From a virus, in the IMG/VR virus record IMGVR_UViG_3300025141_014981, positions 1-64,000 of that record: a DNA stretch of 64,000 nt; one strand, 5' to 3'. Below, piece by piece: positions 59,478 through 64,000 of the stretch; the stretch's first letter is position 1, and the number at the start of each line of letters is the position of its first letter. A program made the translations under genes and the position numbers. The notes below the pieces were generated by a model that was not told the DNA's origin, made no database searches, and saw nothing but the letters and a program-made list of their open reading frames with translations.

Positions 59478-59600
59478 TTATTTCTTCTTACGTTTTTTTG
59501 ACTTCTTCTTGTTTAACTTACTAAATGATGAGTCTTTGAAGCGATATGTGTTTTCTTTTTCTCTTTTTTTATCACGTCTGCTCCATTTATTTTCGCTCAT
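59478..59600 (-). CDS. 40-aa extremely basic peptide (not in ORF track)
   Basis: MSENKWSRRDKKREKENTYRFKDSSFSKLNKKKSKKRKKK; ATGA overlap with the upstream gene. Confidence 0.5.
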   Translation of the reverse strand: MSENKWSRRDKKREKENTYRFKDSSFSKLNKKKSKKRKKK

Positions 59601-59932
59601 TTGCCCTTGTTGTTCCCTGCTTGTTTAAGCATCGCATCTAGCACACTCCACATTGCTTTACCACAACCACATGGATATACTAGATCATCTTTTTTGATAT
59701 TGACTGACATACGTGAATAATATTTGCATTTGTAAGTTGACTTATCATTTTCATCACGCTCACAATCACAACCAGCAATACGACAACTAAATAGGTTAGC
59801 ATTTCTCTTTATAGTCTTGATACAAAGAATATGATTTTTACCATTGACTTTGAACGGCCAGTGAAATCTCTTATCTTTTGATTCTTTAAATGCGTTTTTT
59901 AATTTAATTGGTGCGGATGTTATTGATAGCAT
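59597..59932 (-). CDS. Cys-rich hypothetical protein
   Basis: Downstream of promoter 59973-60001. Confidence 0.6.
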   Translation of the reverse strand: MLSITSAPIKLKNAFKESKDKRFHWPFKVNGKNHILCIKTIKRNANLFSCRIAGCDCERDENDKSTYKCKYYSRMSVNIKKDDLVYPCGCGKAMWSVLDAMLKQAGNNKGK

Positions 59933-59972
59933 ATACTTGCTTCATTACCACGCTGTTTTATCATCTATAATA

Positions 59973-60001
59973 ATTATATCATTAATTGATGAAATGTTTC
60001 A
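59973..60001 (-). promoter_or_regulatory. TGAAACA-N16-TATAAT promoter
   Basis: Exact motif match with TGn extension. Confidence 0.82.
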
Positions 60002-60011
60002 TAAATGCTTT

Positions 60012-60260
60012 CTAGTTTGTGGGCCAAAGTACAACAACAGGTTCTGTGTCTTCTTTATCTATCTCACAATCTTCAAGATCTTCTTCATCATATACATCAC
60101 CATACCATGAGGTATTTGCAATATAGAATAAGCCATCACTTGGTTCATAGCACGGCGAAAATGAATTTCCTTCACTATCTTTCGAAAGAACAACTAGGGG
60201 ATCATCATCACGCTTGTTAGCAATGCCCCTTAGTTGTTTTATTAATTCACTTAACTTCAT
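60012..60260 (-). CDS. Small phage protein
   Basis: VVLSKDSEGNSFSP...VVLWPTN. Confidence 0.7.
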   Translation of the reverse strand: MKLSELIKQLRGIANKRDDDPLVVLSKDSEGNSFSPCYEPSDGLFYIANTSWYGDVYDEEDLEDCEIDKEDTEPVVVLWPTN

Positions 60261-60270
60261 TTGGCTTTAC

Positions 60271-61851
60271 TCAATCTCTTGAGAAATCAGAGATGATCTT
60301 TGGAGTTGCTGTGTCAAATCCAACAACATCTAACATTCCTGCATCTTTTGGATCAGCAATTGTACGATAACTACTTATCATGCCAACAACTACCAACTTA
60401 GCTGGGATACCCATCTTTTGGCGATACTCTTGTAGAGCTTGTGTTGGGTGAACATCACCATACCAAGTCTCACTATCTGTGTAGATAACAAATGTATCAA
60501 CAGGCACTTTCTTTTTCAAAGCGTCAATCATTGGAAGTGCACAATCTGTACCACCCATTCTAACTTTTTCAGTTGCACGCACTGCATCATCTAGTCTTTG
60601 ACGCGGCGAGATATTCACCGGTACCATACCATCACTAAATCCAGCAATATGCCAGTTTTGCTCAGTTGCAGCAGTGATCAACGCCATCGCTGCAGTACCA
60701 ACTCTTGGAGTCAACCCAGGTATACCTGCAATATTTCCCCAAGTCATTGATCCTGATACATCTAGACCTAAGTAGAATCTCTTACCAGTTGGTTCAACAT
60801 TCTGAAATGTCTTGTAGAATGCACCATCAAGTGCATCAACAATCCCAGTCACAGGATTCCATGACAACTTGCCCTTGATGCCTCGACCATTTTCATAAGT
60901 CTTTAGTGCTGACAAAATTTGTATTGGATGTACTCTGCCCCTACGTAAGAGATCTTCATTCGCTAATGAATTGACTACATGCTGTGTAGCATCATTGAGT
61001 GAATCTAACAATCCAATGCTTGTCATCTTACCTAGATTACGAACCATAGCTGTGATTGGCATGTGCTTTAGAAGCGCGCCCCAAACATCTGCATCATTTA
61101 AGAACTCAGTTGGTACACACTCTCGTGGTAGATTATGATTGCTAATTAGATCAACAACTTCATTCTTGTTAGTCGCTACTTGAATACGATTGAACGCATC
61201 AACAATAGTACTATCACATGCCTTACCTTGGGTCACCCAATTGTACAACGCTTGGTGCTCATCTGTTGAGGCTTTAGGATGTGCCAGCCGTAATAGATCT
61301 CTATGTGACCAACCATTTCTTTGACGATACTTTACAAGTTGATATGATAATCTATCAGTATCTTTGTCATTATACCAGTTTGTAACAGCTGTTCTCAGCG
61401 CACGACCCCAACCTCTGAATTGCTCAACGAATCCTGCAAAGTTGAATAGATGTGTGCCAATACGGGCTACTTTTGGTAATGCTTCAAGAGCGGCCTTACG
61501 TGTTTCTAAGCTATCTGCAGCTGCACAAAGTGCCAAAGCAAACAACGCTGTGTCATTTTTTGGTGCTCGACCATTGACACTAATATCAACAATTGCATTA
61601 ACAGTACGCAGCCCATCAGAGTTGATACAACGTAACACTGCTTCTGCGTTTTCTTTTGTCAGTTGTGTTTGTCCCACGTAGTAAGATCCACCTTCTGTGC
61701 CAAGAATCAAGAATCTTTCTAAGCGCTTCCAGTCGTCAATCTCAAATGAGAAACCACCAGCTGCATTTCTACTCATGTCACTACGACCAGGAATTGGTTG
61801 TGACTGAGATGTTCTTTTTGTGCTAAAACTTTTAAGATGTGATGTGCTCAT
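60271..61851 (-). CDS. rsr: Ro60/Rsr TROVE-domain RNA-binding protein with vWA domain
   Basis: NAAGG, RFLILGTEGGSYY, KYRQRNGWSHRDLLRLAHPK, AMVRNLGKM, LDVSGSM, GGTDCALP, YTDSETW, LDVVGFD; ATG 61851 after GAAGGAAGGG. Confidence 0.97.
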   Translation of the reverse strand: MSTSHLKSFSTKRTSQSQPIPGRSDMSRNAAGGFSFEIDDWKRLERFLILGTEGGSYYVGQTQLTKENAEAVLRCINSDGLRTVNAIVDISVNGRAPKNDTALFALALCAAADSLETRKAALEALPKVARIGTHLFNFAGFVEQFRGWGRALRTAVTNWYNDKDTDRLSYQLVKYRQRNGWSHRDLLRLAHPKASTDEHQALYNWVTQGKACDSTIVDAFNRIQVATNKNEVVDLISNHNLPRECVPTEFLNDADVWGALLKHMPITAMVRNLGKMTSIGLLDSLNDATQHVVNSLANEDLLRRGRVHPIQILSALKTYENGRGIKGKLSWNPVTGIVDALDGAFYKTFQNVEPTGKRFYLGLDVSGSMTWGNIAGIPGLTPRVGTAAMALITAATEQNWHIAGFSDGMVPVNISPRQRLDDAVRATEKVRMGGTDCALPMIDALKKKVPVDTFVIYTDSETWYGDVHPTQALQEYRQKMGIPAKLVVVGMISSYRTIADPKDAGMLDVVGFDTATPKIISDFSRD

Positions 61852-61879
61852 TTTAAATCTCCCTTCCTTCAAAATCAAA

Positions 61880-61984
61880 AAGTGGTCAAGTTATGACATC
61901 GAGTAGTTTGGCTCCACAGCCCAAGGAGGAATCGAACCCCACTTTTTCCATTCAAAAAGATAACCGATAATCTCCGGCCCACTT
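61880..61984 (-). ncRNA. Y RNA-like unit 4 (proximal to Ro60), with T-arm
   Basis: AAGUGGGC(C)GGAG...CUUGACCACUU terminal stem with bulged C; GGUUAUC; GGGG-UUCGAUU-CCUC T-arm. Confidence 0.8.
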
Positions 61985-61986
61985 AG

Positions 61987-62040
61987 ATGCTGTTCTAAGA
62001 TTTGAACTTAGATCTACCCGGCCAGGCAGCAATAAGAGCA
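61987..62040 (-). ncRNA. 54-nt D-armless tRNA-like element
   Basis: UGCUCUU/AACAGCA acceptor (one C-C mismatch), CUGCC-UGGCCG-GGUAG hairpin, CUAAG-UUCAAAU-CUUAG T arm, U73, then CUA. Confidence 0.6.
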
Positions 62041-62079
62041 TAAATTATTTTAAGTCGCTCGCTCAAGACGACAGAAAGA

Positions 62080-62233
62080 TTGGGGCAAGTTTATGAAACT
62101 CGGGATAATATGACTTTTGCTCTGCCACTGAGCTACATGAACTGTTATAACTATAAGTCAACAATTCATAGCTGGATTCGAACCAGCGTCCCAAAGTTGG
62201 TTGTTTATGATAACCGTGCCTCTTCGGCCCCAA
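62080..62233 (-). ncRNA. yrlA: YrlA-type Y RNA (unit 3) with complete circularly permuted tRNA-like domain
   Basis: UUGGGGC(C)GA/UUGCCCCAA Ro-binding stem; ACUUU/AAAGU; T arm GCUGG-UUCGAAU-CCAGC; closed acceptor-like stem AUGAAUUGUU/AACAGUUCAU; D arm GCUC-AGUGGCA-GAGC. Confidence 0.9.
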
Positions 62234-62245
62234 ATTTAAGAAACG

Positions 62246-62333
62246 TATGGGCAAATAGTGAAAATTGTCTGTGGAATCGAACCACTAGGACGTAGTCCCA
62301 TCAAACTAGATAACCAAATTTCTTCGGCCCATA
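62246..62333 (-). ncRNA. Y RNA-like unit 2, with T-arm
   Basis: UAUGGGC(C)GA/UUGCCCAUA stem; GGUUAUC; UGGGAC-UAC-GUCCUA hairpin; GUGG-UUCGAUU-CCAC T arm. Confidence 0.82.
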
Positions 62334-62340
62334 TAATAAT

Positions 62341-62406
62341 TGAGGGCAAGTAAGTGCGTTATGGGAGTGTCGTTATAAAGATAACCCAAGATGCTCCGGC
62401 CCTACA
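62341..62406 (-). ncRNA. Minimal Y RNA-like unit 1, no tRNA-like domain
   Basis: AGGGC(C)GG/UUGCCCU stem; UGGG/CCCA second helix; GGUUAUC. Confidence 0.75.
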
Positions 62407-62459
62407 AATTTTTAAACTGTATTGTTAATGATCAAACCCTTTATTGTGATGACCTTACT

Positions 62460-62488
62460 ATAATAACATCAAGACTTTGTTTGTACAC
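62460..62488 (-). promoter_or_regulatory. Candidate promoter for the Y RNA-Ro60 transcript (GTGTACA-N16-TATTAT)
   Basis: Variant of the main motif about 55 nt upstream of the first Y RNA unit. Confidence 0.4.
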
Positions 62489-62495
62489 CAAAAAA

Positions 62496-62678
62496 TCAAT
62501 TAAGTTGTTTTTTATACTGCTCAACAATTCCGGAATCAATATCACATCTTTGATGTTTACAAGCTGGCATCTTACAATTTATCCTCTGGTTACCATTATA
62601 AGTATTACATGCACAACAACCCCACCCTGGCATCAGGTTTGGATGCTCGAGCTTTATGCACTTTTCATGTTTTTTCAT
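62496..62678 (-). CDS. Small Cys-rich (zinc-finger-like) protein
   Basis: GWGCCAC..N...R..C...C.H.RC; ATGA overlap. Confidence 0.6.
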   Translation of the reverse strand: MKKHEKCIKLEHPNLMPGWGCCACNTYNGNQRINCKMPACKHQRCDIDSGIVEQYKKQLN

Positions 62679-63220
62679 AGCTTATTTGTTGCACCACGTT
62701 TCAAAAGAAGCTCAAGAATCTTTTCTTCATCACCACCAGACTTAAACATCTCAGCTAGCGTATGTGCAAGCTCAGCTTCATCAGAGTCGAATTCATTAAG
62801 TGAATTAACTCTCAAAGTCTTCTCTTTAATCACAGATGCCAACTTTGTAGCTTCTTCTACAAGAGCTGCTGCTCTTTTCTCATCGTTATTAATTTCTGCT
62901 TGAAGACTAGCTACTTTTCGTTGTCTAGGTGACAAGCCATTATATGTATCATCAATAAGCTCTAAGCAGGTATGTGTTGTTACCTTTACTATTGAACCAA
63001 CCTTTAACTTAGTACAAGAAAATTGATTAAGCACAGGCATTTCTACTATTTTATATTTTGTAAAACGACCCCATGCTTTATTATCTATGCTTATACATTC
63101 AAGAATAGTTCCCTTTGAAAGTTGCGCCACTGTATTATCACAATCAAGTTTGACATCATAATAATTTGGTGAACGCTTAGCTCGGTATAAGCAACCTACA
63201 ATTGCATCTGAAAATTTCAT
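62675..63220 (-). CDS. Hypothetical protein with C-terminal coiled coil
   Basis: AAGGA RBS; downstream of promoter 63248-63276. Confidence 0.7.
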   Translation of the reverse strand: MKFSDAIVGCLYRAKRSPNYYDVKLDCDNTVAQLSKGTILECISIDNKAWGRFTKYKIVEMPVLNQFSCTKLKVGSIVKVTTHTCLELIDDTYNGLSPRQRKVASLQAEINNDEKRAAALVEEATKLASVIKEKTLRVNSLNEFDSDEAELAHTLAEMFKSGGDEEKILELLLKRGATNKL

Positions 63221-63247
63221 TTATTTATTCCTTTGATTGATTGATAA

Positions 63248-63276
63248 ATTATATCATTGATTCAATCAATGTTTCA
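63248..63276 (-). promoter_or_regulatory. TGAAACA-N16-TATAAT promoter
   Basis: Exact motif match with TGn extension. Confidence 0.82.
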
Positions 63277-63293
63277 CTTGATAATAGCTTGTT

Positions 63294-63375
63294 TGGTGGA
63301 TCGCCTGTGACTTGAACACAGAGACTACGAGGTGCTCCTACCAGCCTTCTACACGCTGTCCGACCATCACGACCC
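63294..63375 (-). ncRNA. Atypical tRNA-like RNA with alanine identity elements and encoded CCA
   Basis: GGGUCGU/GCGAUCC acceptor (G1-C72, G2-C71, G3.U70), A73-CCA, CUGUG-UUCAAGU-CACAG T arm; no D stem, no canonical anticodon loop. Confidence 0.8.
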
Positions 63376-63639
63376 TTATTTATTGTTAGGATTATCTTCA
63401 TGATCTTCCCATTCACCTTCAAAGACAATTTCATCTAAATTTTTTGGAAGACCATCAAATTTATCTGTAGCAAGCTAACCAAACCAATTGTCATCTATTA
63501 TCTTATAGTCATATTTAATATTAAGAATATTAAGCAATTCAAATGGATGAAGATAGTCGTGCTGATAAACACATTTTCCATTAATAAATATGCCATAATA
63601 TTCACCATCACTAGTTATTGTTATTTTTTTATCTGTCAT
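63376..63639 (-). pseudogene. 87-codon ORF interrupted by in-frame TAG at 63475-63477
   Basis: MTDKKITITSDGEYYGIFINGKC...DDNWFG*LATDKFDGLPKNLDEIVFEG...NNK; TAATG-coupled to the upstream gene. Confidence 0.5.
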
Positions 63640-63851
63640 TATTTTCTCTCAAATTCACATTTGACTTCTTTCTTCTTCTCTTTTGGTTCACAACAGTAAA
63701 TTATAGCGCCCTTGTCTTTGACAACCATTCTTGTTCCATGTGGACAATAGTCTACACCATGTAAGACACGAACACTACGAACAACACCATACCCACTAGG
63801 GATATAGCATGCTGAAATCAATAAAGTTGCTAGTAAAATAAGCGTTTTCAT
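63639..63851 (-). CDS. Putative lipoprotein
   Basis: MKTLILLATLLISAC lipobox. Confidence 0.65.
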   Translation of the reverse strand: MKTLILLATLLISACYIPSGYGVVRSVRVLHGVDYCPHGTRMVVKDKGAIIYCCEPKEKKKEVKCEFERK

Positions 63852-64000
63852 TGTTTTATTTGTCCCATTTAATTTTTCTACCTTGTACCCAACCTAATGC
63901 TAACCAATGATTAAGTTTATTTTTTTTAATTCTTTTTGACTCTCTTAAGTTTGTGTTAAAGATCCAACACGTACCATATTGTGAATTTTTCTTACCTTGT

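Noticed and set aside
62113-62197. Ordinary tRNA gene
   Set aside because: The T arm precedes the D arm and the acceptor stem is closed by a loop, which is the permuted YrlA layout
62063-62295. Track ORFs 62063-62254 (-) and 62080-62295 (+)
   Set aside because: They overlap the structured Y RNA units and show no protein features
61880-62406. CRISPR array
   Set aside because: Repeats are degenerate, bipartite and pair across each unit, the inserts are structured and very unequal in length, there are no cas genes, and the neighbour is Ro60
1044-62903. Antisense and nested track ORFs (e.g. 6390-7022, 13490-13933, 16965-17402, 26701-27150, 41678-42136, 62391-62903)
   Set aside because: Shadows of well-supported genes on the other strand or frame, with no recognisable motifs
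63249-63434. Track ORF of 61 aa
   Set aside because: It runs through the tRNA-like RNA and a promoter, and is better explained as a chance frame
1-64000. Genome-wide stop-codon reassignment
   Set aside because: Long genes are intact under the standard code and TAA, TGA and TAG all end well-defined genes; only two isolated in-frame stops were found
1-64000. Eukaryotic giant virus or cellular chromosome origin
   Set aside because: Sigma-70 with -35/-10 promoters, SD sites, deformylase, SLT and tail fibre point to a bacteriophage, and the ORFan density argues against a cell; no capsid or terminase gene is in the window, so this remains an inference

Overview
AT-rich, very gene-dense fragment that most likely comes from a large (jumbo-type) bacteriophage genome. 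The basis is a tail fibre with a C-terminal chaperone, a phage-type sigma-70, GroEL, Rnl1, ThyX, tRNAs and many short ORFans. Nearly all genes are on the minus strand; the exception is a 4-gene plus-strand block at 34461-37761. From left to right: (1) a ~14 kb nucleotide-sugar/glycosyltransferase cluster containing a stop-interrupted NUMOD3/TnsA-like endonuclease; (2) a 1754-aa tail fibre with a Hint domain before an S74-like chaperone; (3) metabolic and chaperone genes (Hc1-like, folA, thyX, groEL, SLT, purA, type II GAPDH-like, UDG, AAA ATPase, protease); (4) a nucleotidyl-transfer block (ligase-fold/cytidylyltransferase fusion, pol-beta NTase, Rnl1, CCA-adding enzyme, deformylase); (5) a region of small genes driven by a repeated TGAAACA-N16-TAWWAT promoter, with MoxR/VWA, a sigma-70 lacking region 4.2, tRNA-Ile, tRNA-Arg, Thg1 and Ro60. 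The most striking signal is a non-coding RNA locus upstream of Ro60: four Y-RNA-like units (one a complete YrlA-type permuted tRNA mimic), a 54-nt D-armless tRNA-like element between them, and an 82-nt CCA-ended RNA with alanine identity (G3.U70, A73) but no D stem. Together with Thg1, Rnl1 and the CCA enzyme this suggests a phage tRNA decoy/repair system. All calls come from motifs and hand-folding; no database searches were run.
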